NCBI GenBank assembly: GCA_037140955.1
Contig: JBAXDL010000007.1
Span: 1 to 50,462, forward strand
Source of the DNA: a bacterium
GTDB lineage: Bacteria; Patescibacteriota; Minisyncoccia; Moranbacterales; GWC2-37-73
Length of the DNA stretch: 50,462 nucleotides
Reading direction: 5' to 3'
Positions within the stretch are counted from its first letter, which is position 1. Each line of letters opens with the position of its first letter. Positions 17,398-27,385 of this stretch are shown here, in pieces. The translations under genes and the position numbers were made by a program. The notes under the pieces were generated by a model, which was given only the letters and a program-made list of their open reading frames with translations, was not told where the DNA came from and ran no database searches.

Positions 17398-19119
17398 TCA
17401 CCAACCTCCGCCGCCTCCGCCGCCTCCTCCTCCGCCTGAACCACCACTGCCACTAGCACCAGAAGGAGAAGATGTGCTAGCGGCTATATCAGATGACAGT
17501 CCATCAATAGCACTAACGAAATTATTAGCATCAAAAGAATTTAATCCACCGACATACCAAAGAGAAGTGTTAGTTGCAAGATAATCAGCGCCATAAATTT
17601 CTTGCATTTTCTTGATCCACTGTTTAGTCATGCCAAATAGAATTGCATATGGCAAGCATTTTTCAAAAATATTTTCTTTCTCATGAAAAACCGCACGATC
17701 CTTGTCCACGGTTTCCATGAATAACTTAAAGCCTTTGACTTGCCAATTTAGCTCTGCTCCAACCGGTGTCAGTTTTGGCATAATAAAGCTAAAAACAAAC
17801 AAAATAACACCAGAAACAATCAAACTTGCAGCCAATGCAGCAGAAACATTAAAAGCAATGAAAGCAAGCCAAATAAAAAATGGAGAAATAACACGCATAA
17901 CAATGCCAATTCCAATTCCAGATGTTTGAATAAGCCCCTTATTTTTTAAACTATCTTTAGTTGTTTCTTTGATATTTGCAATTTTAATGTAAAACTTATT
18001 TTTAAGCGAACTTAAATTTACGATATCGCCATCTTCAAAAATACTATTTAAAATAAGCACTTGTCCTGCATTTAAACTACTTTCTATTTCCATGGAATGC
18101 TTCTTTGTTAATTCATGATCTTTGCTGGAAAAAAACAAGATTTTACTTTCAATCTCTTTTATCAATATGAGTCCTCTTGTCGCAAGCCAGATTATCTCAG
18201 CTGTAATAAATTCATTCTTAAAAGCACCGCCTCTCATCAGCATGCCCATTTCAATGGGGCTCAAATTGCCAGGTGGAGCATATTCAGCAATGATTGCTTT
18301 TTCAATTTTTGGATCTTCTCCATATTTTTTCCACAAAATAAAGCATATCAAAAAGACCAACAAAGGTAATAATAAAAATAGATATTGTCCATATAAATCC
18401 AAGAAACTAGGAACATATGGAATAAAAATATTTTTTGGAAAAACAATAGAAGCTGTTATCCCCTGTCTTTGCAAAAAAGTTCCCACAGAATCAAATTCCA
18501 AAATATTTGATGCAGTCCAAGAATATTTTGCCAAGTTTTTTTCTTTTGCTCCAAGATTTCCGGTGTAATAATCAACAGCAACATTCTGAGCATTAACCTC
18601 ATTTGGAAATACCATGCTGGCATGAAACTTGTCAATTTCCAGATCCCAGAAATTTCCATTCAAATTCCAATACAATTCATCAAATTTTTGATTTGCAAAA
18701 CGAATCGTGTTCTTCACTTTGTAATGAATTACATATACATTCTCTCCTTGGAGTGTCTTTTTTGCATCTCCAATTTGCCAAGTGACAGTGCCATCGCCAA
18801 AGTTCCTGGTTGTTGTGTATTTATAATCATTTCCGACGGCATCTTTGATGCTCAACAATTCAACGGGATTACTTATTTTTTTACCATCAACATTAACTTG
18901 CGTTGGCAAAATACGAAAAATTCCATGTTTGTTTGGCGCAAATCCACAATCTGCAGTTATAGTTTCAGTTATATCAAGCGATGAATCCTTATTAACAATT
19001 ATTTTAGAATCAAAATTTTCAATATACCAATCATTAACTGCCAAGCGTCTGGCCTGTGAATATTCAGGAAAAAACAAGACCACTGCAAGAAAAGAAGTTA
19101 TTAATATTTTTTTAAGCAT
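17398..19119 (-). CDS. DUF2207 family membrane protein
   Basis: DSSLDITETIT, ELYWN, LPYAILFG, terminal GGGGGGGGW. Confidence 0.9.
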   Translation of the reverse strand: MLKKILITSFLAVVLFFPEYSQARRLAVNDWYIENFDSKIIVNKDSSLDITETITADCGFAPNKHGIFRILPTQVNVDGKKISNPVELLSIKDAVGNDYKYTTTRNFGDGTVTWQIGDAKKTLQGENVYVIHYKVKNTIRFANQKFDELYWNLNGNFWDLEIDKFHASMVFPNEVNAQNVAVDYYTGNLGAKEKNLAKYSWTASNILEFDSVGTFLQRQGITASIVFPKNIFIPYVPSFLDLYGQYLFLLLPLLVFLICFILWKKYGEDPKIEKAIIAEYAPPGNLSPIEMGMLMRGGAFKNEFITAEIIWLATRGLILIKEIESKILFFSSKDHELTKKHSMEIESSLNAGQVLILNSIFEDGDIVNLSSLKNKFYIKIANIKETTKDSLKNKGLIQTSGIGIGIVMRVISPFFIWLAFIAFNVSAALAASLIVSGVILFVFSFIMPKLTPVGAELNWQVKGFKLFMETVDKDRAVFHEKENIFEKCLPYAILFGMTKQWIKKMQEIYGADYLATNTSLWYVGGLNSFDANNFVSAIDGLSSDIAASTSSPSGASGSGGSGGGGGGGGGGGW

Positions 19120-19160
19120 ATTGATAAGTAAGATATTTTTATATTAATTTAAAACTATTT

Positions 19161-20165
19161 TTACTTTTTGTATTGTTTTTCATAATATTTTGCATACTCA
19201 CCGGTTTTGATGCTTTTCCACCATGATTCATTGGAAATAAACCAAGCCACTGTTTTGGCAATTCCATCTTCAAAGCTGATCTTAGGCTCCCATCCTAATT
19301 CATTCTTGATTTTGGAAAAATCAATCGCATATCTTTTGTCATGACCCTTTCTGTCTTGGACATATTCAATCCAACTTTCATCTCTACACAAAATTTTCAA
19401 AATAGATTTAACAATTTCAATATTAGCCTTTTCTCCATTTCCACCAACACAATATGTTTCTCCAATTTTTCCTTTGTGAATGATGGTGTCAATTGCGCGA
19501 CAATGGTCATCAACATGCAGCCAATCACGAATTTGCATCCCGTCGCCATACACAGGAATCTTTTTCCCTTCCATCAAATTTGTAATCACCAAGGGAATAA
19601 GCTTTTCCGGAAAATGATATGGGCCATAGTTGTTGGAACAATTTGAGATTGTTATTGGCAAATTATGCGTGTGAAAATATGCACGCACCAAATGATCAGA
19701 GCCTGCTTTTGAGGCAGAATATGGACTTCTTGGGTCATAGGGTGTTGTTTCTGAAAACGGGGCGTCATCAGCTCCCAATGAGCCAAAAACCTCATCTGTT
19801 GAAACATGATGGAAGCGCAAATTTCCTGCCTTCCTGGCAGCTTCAAGCAAAGCATGCGTTCCTATCACATTTGTGCGCACAAAAGCCTCTGAGTCCAAAA
19901 TAGAACGGTCTACGTGCGATTCAGCTGCAAAATGCACAATAGCATCAACCTCTTTGGCCAATTTTTCCACCAAATCCTTGTCGCAGATATCACCTTTCAC
20001 AAATCTGTGTCTAGGATTATTTTCAAGCTCTTTCAAATTTTCCAAATTTCCAGCATATGTAAGAGCATCCAGATTTATAACTTCATAGTCTGGATATGTT
20101 TTTAGAATGTGGTGAACAAAGTTAGAGCCAATAAAACCAGCACCACCAGTGACTAATAATTTCAT
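19161..20165 (-). CDS. rmlB: dTDP-glucose 4,6-dehydratase
   Basis: TGGAGFIGSNF, HFAAESHVDRSI, STDEV, YSASK, FPEKLIP. Confidence 0.97.
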   Translation of the reverse strand: MKLLVTGGAGFIGSNFVHHILKTYPDYEVINLDALTYAGNLENLKELENNPRHRFVKGDICDKDLVEKLAKEVDAIVHFAAESHVDRSILDSEAFVRTNVIGTHALLEAARKAGNLRFHHVSTDEVFGSLGADDAPFSETTPYDPRSPYSASKAGSDHLVRAYFHTHNLPITISNCSNNYGPYHFPEKLIPLVITNLMEGKKIPVYGDGMQIRDWLHVDDHCRAIDTIIHKGKIGETYCVGGNGEKANIEIVKSILKILCRDESWIEYVQDRKGHDKRYAIDFSKIKNELGWEPKISFEDGIAKTVAWFISNESWWKSIKTGEYAKYYEKQYKK

Positions 20166-20170
20166 ATTTG

Positions 20171-20280
20171 TAATTTAGAATTTTGAATTTCGAATTTTGA
20201 ATCAAGTCCGAATGACCAAATGTTTAAAAAATTATAACATTAAATATTCATTCAAAATTCAAAATTGGAGTTTCGAAATT
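20171..20280. repeat. heptamer inverted-repeat element (family C)
   Basis: AATTTAG AATTTTG AATTTCG AATTTTG ... CAAAATT CAAAATT ... CGAAATT. Confidence 0.7.
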
Positions 20281-20290
20281 TATTTTATTA

Positions 20291-20836
20291 TTAAAAAGGT
20301 GAATTAAAATCAGCGAATAAACCAGCTTCAGCATCTTTTTTTGACAAAATTGGATTTTCTAATGGCCAATATATCTTCAAAGTTGGATCATTCCACAAAA
20401 GAGCGTCTTCACTTTCAGGATGATACAAATTGTCGCATTTATATTGAAATTCAGTATAATCTTCCAAGGTGCAAAAACCATGAGCAAATCCCCTTGGCAC
20501 AAAAAGCATATAAAAATTTTTGGCTGAAAGTTCAAAACCTTCCCATTTTCCAAAGGTTGGTGAATCCTTGCGAAGATCAACAATAACGTCATACACCGCG
20601 CCCTTTGTTACTCTCACTAATTTTGCCTGCGTGTGATCTGGCACTTGGAAATGCAGTCCACGCAAAACACCTTTTGTGACTGACATGGAATGATTATCCT
20701 GCACAAATTCAGCATCAATTCCAGCTTCTTTGAATTTTTTTTGAGAATACGTTTCAGCAAAAAAACCTCTTTCGTCATCAAAAACCTTTGGCTTAATCAA
20801 GAATGCTCCCCCAAGACTTGTTTTATTAAATTCCAT
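20291..20836 (-). CDS. rmlC: dTDP-4-dehydrorhamnose 3,5-epimerase
   Basis: FDDERGFF, FVQDNHS, GVLRGLHFQ, GFAHGF. Confidence 0.97.
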   Translation of the reverse strand: MEFNKTSLGGAFLIKPKVFDDERGFFAETYSQKKFKEAGIDAEFVQDNHSMSVTKGVLRGLHFQVPDHTQAKLVRVTKGAVYDVIVDLRKDSPTFGKWEGFELSAKNFYMLFVPRGFAHGFCTLEDYTEFQYKCDNLYHPESEDALLWNDPTLKIYWPLENPILSKKDAEAGLFADFNSPF

Positions 20837-20890
20837 ATTTTATTTTTTCATTATTATCGATTATCTCAATACTAGCGTAATTTAAAAAAT

Positions 20891-20924
20891 AAAAAAAGGG
20901 GGCAGTCGTTTGACTTGTCCCCTT
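20891..20924 (-). terminator. intrinsic terminator of the 20937-21350 ORF
   Basis: minus strand AAGGGGAC-AAGTCAAACGACT-GCCCCCTTTTTTT. Confidence 0.7.
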
Positions 20925-20936
20925 ACTAGCTACGTA

Positions 20937-21350
20937 TTACTTTGAAGTAAATACAGGCGGAAGCTTATTCTCTGTTTCTATGCTTGCATTGATTAGCTTT
21001 TTTTCAATTTCATTTTTTCTTGAAATGTTTGCCAAAATACTCAAATGAACTTCGTCCTTAAAAATTGAAAGATAATCAGTAAACATACTAGCATAACAAC
21101 GCTTAGCAAAAGAAACATACACCCTTGAAGCCACTTCACCATAAAAATCATTGAAATATTGTTCAAAATAATTCCTAGCTTTTTCCTTGTTTTTTTCTGG
21201 AAAGTGATTAATTGCGATATACAAAAAATCGCAAGCACCACAGTTCAAGAGCCCTATTGCTCTTTGCAGATTAGCTTCTGTTAAGATGCTAATGGGAGAA
21301 AAATAACCAAATACAGCTTCTTCGCAATACAAAAAGGCAACTTTTTTCAT
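20937..21350 (-). CDS. hypothetical protein
   Basis: 137-aa ORF with strong AAGGAGG RBS and its own terminator. Confidence 0.65.
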   Translation of the reverse strand: MKKVAFLYCEEAVFGYFSPISILTEANLQRAIGLLNCGACDFLYIAINHFPEKNKEKARNYFEQYFNDFYGEVASRVYVSFAKRCYASMFTDYLSIFKDEVHLSILANISRKNEIEKKLINASIETENKLPPVFTSK

Positions 21351-21371
21351 GGTACCACCCTCCTTTTTTAT

Positions 21372-22748
21372 TTATTTTTTAAGTAGCTCTGATAATATGG
21401 TATCAGAATTCAATATCGCTGTAAATTCTTCCACGCTGCCGTCTTGTTTTGTGATGTTGAATTTTGCAGGCACATCATTCAATCCCGCTTGCTTTTGAAC
21501 CTTAAGATCATAATAATTTTTGATTTCTTTTGGCAAAGTGTAGCTTATCTCGATAGTCTTTGTTTGGCCAATCGGAACCTTTATTATCGATCCAAAATAT
21601 TTCTTGCCAAATTCTTCACCAAATTTCGTGTTTCCAAAATTATTCTGACTAACCAGCCAAGCACCCTTGGGAACATAAACTCTCAGATAATCAGTATAGT
21701 CCCTTGTCATCCAATCCTTTTGTTTAGCAGTATGCTCGTAAGTAATTTTCAAATTAACCAATGGAGCGTCTTTTGATAAATCAATATTATATTCAACGGA
21801 GCGCTTCACGTAGTAATCACTCTTAAAAGCTCCTAGATTAGCATCTGATAGCATTAAATAATCCTTGCTCCATTGCTCATCAACAGTTCCAGTCCATTTT
21901 GCATTAGTAGCAATTTTTTGCAATTGTTCATCCTTAAAATTAAGTTGAATGTCCTTTTTGTTCAAATCAGCAAGCAGCACCTTGGCTAATTCTATTTTCT
22001 GAGTAACAGAAAAAGCAAAGACTCTCTTTTCTATCTCCTTGGCCAAATCGCTCATCACAGATTTTCTCTCTCCACGATCAATCCCTTGAGTTTCAAAAGC
22101 TTTTTCTACTTGATATTCCAAAGACAAAACAGCATTTTCACTGTCATAAGTCCCAGGATATCCCTCAATTGAAATTGGGCCTGTTATTTTCAAAATCGAA
22201 CTTAACACATTAGCAGTAATAGCAACAACACCGTCAAATTGTTCTTGTCCTTGTCCCATGTAATAAAATTCTTGAGCCTTCTTAGCATTTGTTGAAAAAT
22301 CTGGAGAAAAATTGCTATCACGAAGTTTCCAGGCTTTGACGCCAAGTGTTTCAGGCATTGGATATGGTGGCACAACATTGTTTGGAATTCTTCCATCAAA
22401 ATTTGAAAGGTCATGAGTTTCCACTGAGATGACTTTTCCGTCCTTAATTTTGACAATACCAAAAGCACCAATAAAACCGCCGCCTGGCCTTATTTCCATA
22501 TTGTTCTGAAACAAAACTAGCAATGTTTTTTGTTGTCCATCAGTCTTTAGTAGAAAGTCGCCAATATTTGTCAGTGCTTGAAATTCTTTTTTTTGTGTGA
22601 CGTCCAGCGGCAAAAAACCCATGACATTTTGAACTGTCATTGAAATTCCTTTGCTTTTAACGTTCCAATATAAATACCACAGCGTCAAAAATATAATAGA
22701 AATGGCCCAAAAGATAAACCAAAATGTTTTTGAATATTGCTTAGCCAT
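21372..22748 (-). CDS. DUF4012 domain protein
   Basis: N-terminal TM, LFQNNMEIRPGGGFIG, RDSNFSPDF, YLRVYVP. Confidence 0.88.
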   Translation of the reverse strand: MAKQYSKTFWFIFWAISIIFLTLWYLYWNVKSKGISMTVQNVMGFLPLDVTQKKEFQALTNIGDFLLKTDGQQKTLLVLFQNNMEIRPGGGFIGAFGIVKIKDGKVISVETHDLSNFDGRIPNNVVPPYPMPETLGVKAWKLRDSNFSPDFSTNAKKAQEFYYMGQGQEQFDGVVAITANVLSSILKITGPISIEGYPGTYDSENAVLSLEYQVEKAFETQGIDRGERKSVMSDLAKEIEKRVFAFSVTQKIELAKVLLADLNKKDIQLNFKDEQLQKIATNAKWTGTVDEQWSKDYLMLSDANLGAFKSDYYVKRSVEYNIDLSKDAPLVNLKITYEHTAKQKDWMTRDYTDYLRVYVPKGAWLVSQNNFGNTKFGEEFGKKYFGSIIKVPIGQTKTIEISYTLPKEIKNYYDLKVQKQAGLNDVPAKFNITKQDGSVEEFTAILNSDTILSELLKK

Positions 22749-22767
22749 AAAGTTTTATTCCAAATCT

Positions 22768-23802
22768 TTAAATGTTGCCTTTTAGCAAATCATTTAGACG
22801 TTTTTTTAATTGCTCAGCGGTTGGCTCTGCTAACGTGTCAATCTCCTCAGTTTTGATTTCCTCTGTCACTGGAACGAATTCCTCAGAAGTTGAAACCTCT
22901 TGCGGTAATGAGTATTCCTCAAGAAAGTCATCATCAGCAATTGGCAAATTGAAAGGAGCGCCAGCTGATTGACGCGACTCCGTTATTGGCATTTCTGCAA
23001 AGTTTGGATATTTGTCATTTTCCATCTTTTTGGTAATTGCTTTCATTTCTTCAATCTTCTGGGCATAGTCATCAATGACTGGCCCTTGAAACACATTTTG
23101 CAAAAAATCAACTTCCTCTTCAATCACGGGGATTACCTTTTGCTGGCTAACTGCAAAAAAGTTACGCCCAACAACTTGAGTTTTTTCAATAAGCATCTTT
23201 TTACTATTGAGCAGCAAAGCATTGAGCAAATTTGCAACAACAAACGCAAGGAAAAATGAAGCAAGCAAAAGCCAATACCAAGCAGTTATCATTGATTTTG
23301 TGATTGGACCATCAATAATTCTCAAATCAAAATCTTTTTGAATATCATAATAAAGTGCTATGGTATCAAAAAGTGTGCGAGCTGTTTTCTGGGCAATTTG
23401 TTCAGAATCAGCCTGATATGATGATGTTATTTTGATTCTAAAAACAGAAGAATTATTGCTAACCTTTTGGATCTCAAAAAGCTGATTCCATTTGCTTTTT
23501 TTCTGATCCAAAGAATTTCCCACAGCAATATCAGTTATGTCAGGATTAGACTTCAGAATTTTCTCATAAAAAGACAATGTTTTTGGAATCTCAACAATAT
23601 TGTCCATGAGTTGTCCTTGTTGCTGCAATGCTAATTGAGATTTAGGACTAACTAAGATAGAAATTTCAGATTGATATGTTTTAAAATAATCAGCAAGTAG
23701 CAAAAAAAATGTAATTCCAAGTACTGCAGTCATCACAAAAACTTGCGCAGAAAAATGCGCAGGATTGATTTTAATATTTTTCGTTAATTGGAATTTATTC
23801 AT
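22768..23802 (-). CDS. Wzz/CapA-like polysaccharide chain-length protein with acidic tail
   Basis: two TM segments around an extracytoplasmic domain, RIIDGP motif similar to 32374-33033. Confidence 0.6.
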   Translation of the reverse strand: MNKFQLTKNIKINPAHFSAQVFVMTAVLGITFFLLLADYFKTYQSEISILVSPKSQLALQQQGQLMDNIVEIPKTLSFYEKILKSNPDITDIAVGNSLDQKKSKWNQLFEIQKVSNNSSVFRIKITSSYQADSEQIAQKTARTLFDTIALYYDIQKDFDLRIIDGPITKSMITAWYWLLLASFFLAFVVANLLNALLLNSKKMLIEKTQVVGRNFFAVSQQKVIPVIEEEVDFLQNVFQGPVIDDYAQKIEEMKAITKKMENDKYPNFAEMPITESRQSAGAPFNLPIADDDFLEEYSLPQEVSTSEEFVPVTEEIKTEEIDTLAEPTAEQLKKRLNDLLKGNI

Positions 23803-23808
23803 AATTTT

Positions 23809-24933
23809 TTATGCTAAAACGGATTTATATAGTGCAATAGTTTTGTTTGCGATTGAATCCCAGCTGAACTCAGACTCCACTCTCTTTTTTGATAGTTGTC
23901 CAAACTTTTCAACCTCCTCGGGATGAACCAGCAAGAATGCTAATCTATCGCGCAAATCCAATACAGATTTTGAAGAAAAAGAAAAGCCATCTTGTTCTAT
24001 CACATCCAGATTCTCTTTGATGTCACTAACCAATGGAGCGCGACCATGTGCCATTGCCTCAAGCAATGACAATGACATTCCTTCAGACTCAGAAGGTTGC
24101 ACAAACAAATAAGCATGAGAAAATAGTTGCTCCATCGCCTGACCAGTTTGCATGCCAGTAAAAATAATATTCTCACGTCCCTTGGCGATAGTGTGCAAAT
24201 ATTTCACGTAATCATCAGTATGAAAACCATCTCCCACGATTACCAGCTTAAAATTATTAGGAATTCTCGAGGTATCTTCTAATTGCTTGAAGGCCTCAAT
24301 AAGATAGTGCACTCCTTTGTGCTTAATAAGTCTTCCTTGTGAGAGAATATATTTCTTGTCTTTCAAATTCCATTTTGAAAGCTCATTGGTCTGCTCACAA
24401 TATCCAATCTCTGCTCCATTTGGAATAATGATTGCATCTGTTTGATATTTTTCTTTTGCCAAAATTTTCAAGGATTTGCTAACAGCAATGGTAGCATCAG
24501 GAATTTTGCAAGTAACCATTTCACCAAGACGCAACACTAGCTGTGCTATTTTACCCCATTTTTGATGATAATAATCCTGACAATGAAAAGTTGCCACCAC
24601 CTTTGTTTTACAAGTTAAATATTTTGGAATCCAACTAAGCAATGTTGGCCCAATTCCATGAAAATGAATAACATCATAGCCACAAAAAAGAGCATGGACA
24701 CTTGCAAAAAAAGTATGGCTAATTGCATCTAAGTGTTTTGTTGAAATACTAGGCAAATGAATCAAGCGCACACCTTTGTACATTGTTAATTCTTTTGCAA
24801 CATAGTTATTGCGAACATAAACAAAAACCTCATGACCTTGCGCGGCCATACGAATAGCAATTTGTTCAGCGTGTTTTTCAATTCCACCTGACTTTGCTGG
24901 TATTCCTTTTTGTCCAATGAATGCAATTTTCAT
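23809..24933 (-). CDS. glycosyltransferase family 4
   Basis: GGIEKH, KGVHYLIEAF, PSESEGMSLSLLEAM. Confidence 0.92.
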   Translation of the reverse strand: MKIAFIGQKGIPAKSGGIEKHAEQIAIRMAAQGHEVFVYVRNNYVAKELTMYKGVRLIHLPSISTKHLDAISHTFFASVHALFCGYDVIHFHGIGPTLLSWIPKYLTCKTKVVATFHCQDYYHQKWGKIAQLVLRLGEMVTCKIPDATIAVSKSLKILAKEKYQTDAIIIPNGAEIGYCEQTNELSKWNLKDKKYILSQGRLIKHKGVHYLIEAFKQLEDTSRIPNNFKLVIVGDGFHTDDYVKYLHTIAKGRENIIFTGMQTGQAMEQLFSHAYLFVQPSESEGMSLSLLEAMAHGRAPLVSDIKENLDVIEQDGFSFSSKSVLDLRDRLAFLLVHPEEVEKFGQLSKKRVESEFSWDSIANKTIALYKSVLA

Positions 24934-24964
24934 AGTATTTCAGATGCTTTAATATGATCTGTAT

Positions 24965-24990
24965 TGTTGTTAGAAAAAATTCTAACAACA
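24965..24990. other. perfect 11-bp hairpin
   Basis: TGTTGTTAGAA/TTCTAACAACA, intergenic. Confidence 0.5.
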
Positions 24991-25006
24991 GACAAACAAC
25001 ATTGAT

Positions 25007-25960
25007 TTACCTCAAAAGATTTATTCCAGAAATGTTTCCAGATTTGTTGTCTTTAAAGTCAGTATTTTTTTGAACAGTCAATCCATTCCAAATGCTTGCT
25101 CCAAAACTGACACGAGCATTTCTAGCAACTGCAAACTTTTTGTTATCAGTGATTTTTGATTTGTTAAGATCAATACGTCCAACACCTCCCCAAGCGTTGA
25201 CTTCTACGCCTTGTCCTGAATTTCCTTTAATTGTATTGTTCTTTGTCCAAATTTCACTTCCATCAAGAGTCAATTTCAAACCGCTTTTATCATTGTTTCT
25301 GATTGAATTTTTTTCCATCCACGCACTTGTTCCGCCATACAAATCAATACCATCCTTACCATTATTAACAACATCGTTATTAATAATTGATAGTCTGCGT
25401 TTTTGTGAAAAAATTCCACTGCCACCATTGTCGATAATAGTTGAATCAGAAATGCTCACCCTGAACTTATCCTTAACATCACCTTTTTCGATCTTAACAC
25501 CATCGCCAGTATTGTTTTTGATAACAACTTCAATTATTGAGGCTTTGGCATCTTCTCTAACCAAAACACCATCATCACCTTTTTCGATAGTAACTTTGTT
25601 TATTTCAGTATTGTGCTTCATAGTTACAACTGGCTTGTTTTTACTGGCAGGTCTGATGACAACATCACCAGCAGCGCTTCCAAAAACTTGTATACCTTTT
25701 TCAATAGTAATGTTTTCACGATATTCACCCTTTGCAACATGAATGTCAATTCTATCATCAGCATTGTCTAATGCTTTTGAAATTGTGTGATATGGACTTG
25801 AGGCTGATCCATTTTCCGATCCTTTTGCGCTAGCATCAACATAAATTCCCTTGCGAGAACTTGCAAATGTCAAAAATGGGAGCACGCAAATAGCCAAAAG
25901 CATAACTGCGCCAATTACTTCGATTTTTTGCTTTCCTAAAGCATTTTTTAGCTTGTTCAT
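25007..25960 (-). CDS. secreted right-handed beta-helix protein (DUF1565-like N-terminus)
   Basis: YVD...GSASSPYHTISKAL...VAKGEYRE followed by Asn/Gly ladder repeats. Confidence 0.85.
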   Translation of the reverse strand: MNKLKNALGKQKIEVIGAVMLLAICVLPFLTFASSRKGIYVDASAKGSENGSASSPYHTISKALDNADDRIDIHVAKGEYRENITIEKGIQVFGSAAGDVVIRPASKNKPVVTMKHNTEINKVTIEKGDDGVLVREDAKASIIEVVIKNNTGDGVKIEKGDVKDKFRVSISDSTIIDNGGSGIFSQKRRLSIINNDVVNNGKDGIDLYGGTSAWMEKNSIRNNDKSGLKLTLDGSEIWTKNNTIKGNSGQGVEVNAWGGVGRIDLNKSKITDNKKFAVARNARVSFGASIWNGLTVQKNTDFKDNKSGNISGINLLR

Positions 25961-26008
25961 AGTGTATGTAATTTAATTAAAATATGACCTTATATATTAG
26001 CAAATTTT

Positions 26009-27253
26009 TCATGTTTTGTCAACTAATTTCAATTTGGTGCCATCTCGACTTTTTGCCTTCAGTTGGGAAAAAATATGGCTTATTTTCTCCAGATACTTTT
26101 TGGCTTCGTATTTTCCAAGATATGCCTTTATGATTTCGGCATCAAAAACTTTTTCGCGACTTGCAATTTGTTTGAGACGTATTTCAAATTCTTTTTTTGT
26201 TTTCACCACGAAGCCACATTCGTGATTCTTGATGATTTCTCCATATGCGCCAGCATCAAAACCTACAAAGGGTTTGCCTTGACTCATGGCCTCAATAGCA
26301 ATAAGACCAAAAGTTTCCGGAAGTTCACTGGCTGAAACGACGCACTGCGAATTTCTGATATATTCCGTCAATTGATCAGCCTTCACAAAACCAAGATAAA
26401 CGACATTAGAATTTTTTGGAATAACAAATCCATGTTCAATTTCACCAGCCAAGTACAATTTCAAACCTTTTATTTTTGCAAAAGTTTTAATCAAAAAATC
26501 TACACCTTTTTCTTTTGAAATTTTTCCTGCATAGATAGCATAAGAATCTGCCACTGAAAAAGAATATTTTCTTGCTCCACTTCTTTCTTTTTCAGGAATA
26601 AAGTGTGGCAAGACAATTATTTTCTCAGCATCCATCCCCCACTGAATCAAATTGTTTCTCACGAAATTGCTAGGTGCAACATACAAATCAATATTATCTC
26701 GATATGTCCCAAGCCAAGCATGCCAATACATCTCCAACATCGCCAAGAAACTTTTTGCATATGAATCCTTCACGCATTTGTCCAAGAAACACTGATAATA
26801 CTTGCCGTTTGCACATCTGCGATATGGCTTGCCATTGAGCCTCAAAGAGTGATTCGGATTGATTATCTTCCAATCATGAACTGTCATGACAATTGGAATT
26901 TTTCTCTTTTTTATTTCAAACAAAATTGTTGGTGACATCTGGTGATACAAATTATGCACATGCACAATGTCCGGAGAAAATTCATCCAAAATTTTGTTAA
27001 TTTTTCGATGAGCCTCAAAGGAATAAAACATTCTCAGTGTTCCTTTGAATTTTTGCCAAAAAGAAAACGAATTGGCATATCCAACAGATGAAAGAAAATA
27101 TTTTTGCCAATCTGAATGCTCATCATCAATTTGATGCATCGAAAAATCAGCCACTTGGTGACCACCAGCTTTCAACAGCGCGATAAGATCAAGAAAGTGC
27201 TTGTCTGCACCACGCTTGGCATTATAAAATTTGTTGATTTCCAATATTCGCAT
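26009..27253 (-). CDS. glycosyltransferase family 4
   Basis: PDIVHVHN, MTVHD, EKGVD, PETFGLIAIEAM. Confidence 0.92.
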   Translation of the reverse strand: MRILEINKFYNAKRGADKHFLDLIALLKAGGHQVADFSMHQIDDEHSDWQKYFLSSVGYANSFSFWQKFKGTLRMFYSFEAHRKINKILDEFSPDIVHVHNLYHQMSPTILFEIKKRKIPIVMTVHDWKIINPNHSLRLNGKPYRRCANGKYYQCFLDKCVKDSYAKSFLAMLEMYWHAWLGTYRDNIDLYVAPSNFVRNNLIQWGMDAEKIIVLPHFIPEKERSGARKYSFSVADSYAIYAGKISKEKGVDFLIKTFAKIKGLKLYLAGEIEHGFVIPKNSNVVYLGFVKADQLTEYIRNSQCVVSASELPETFGLIAIEAMSQGKPFVGFDAGAYGEIIKNHECGFVVKTKKEFEIRLKQIASREKVFDAEIIKAYLGKYEAKKYLEKISHIFSQLKAKSRDGTKLKLVDKT

Positions 27254-27260
27254 ACGAATA

Positions 27261-27370
27261 TAATTTCCAATTTCGAATTTTTAATTTCGAATAAATTTTC
27301 AATGTTTCAATTTTTTAAACATTGAAAATTCAGACTTGATTCAAAATTCGAAATTCAGAATTCGAAATTT
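27261..27370. repeat. heptamer inverted-repeat element (family C)
   Basis: AATTTCC AATTTCG AATTTTT AATTTCG ... CAAAATT CGAAATT CAGAATT CGAAATT with a central TTTTCAATGTTT/AAACATTGAAAA hairpin. Confidence 0.75.
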
Positions 27371-27385
27371 CGATAATAAATTATT

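Noticed and set aside
17398-17470. GC-rich CCG/CCT microsatellite
   Set aside because: Encodes the normal Gly-rich C-terminus of DUF2207 proteins.
25092-25742. Long antisense ORF (216 aa), similarly 29497-30078 and 31758-32264
   Set aside because: Shadow frames opposite well-supported genes; no independent signals.
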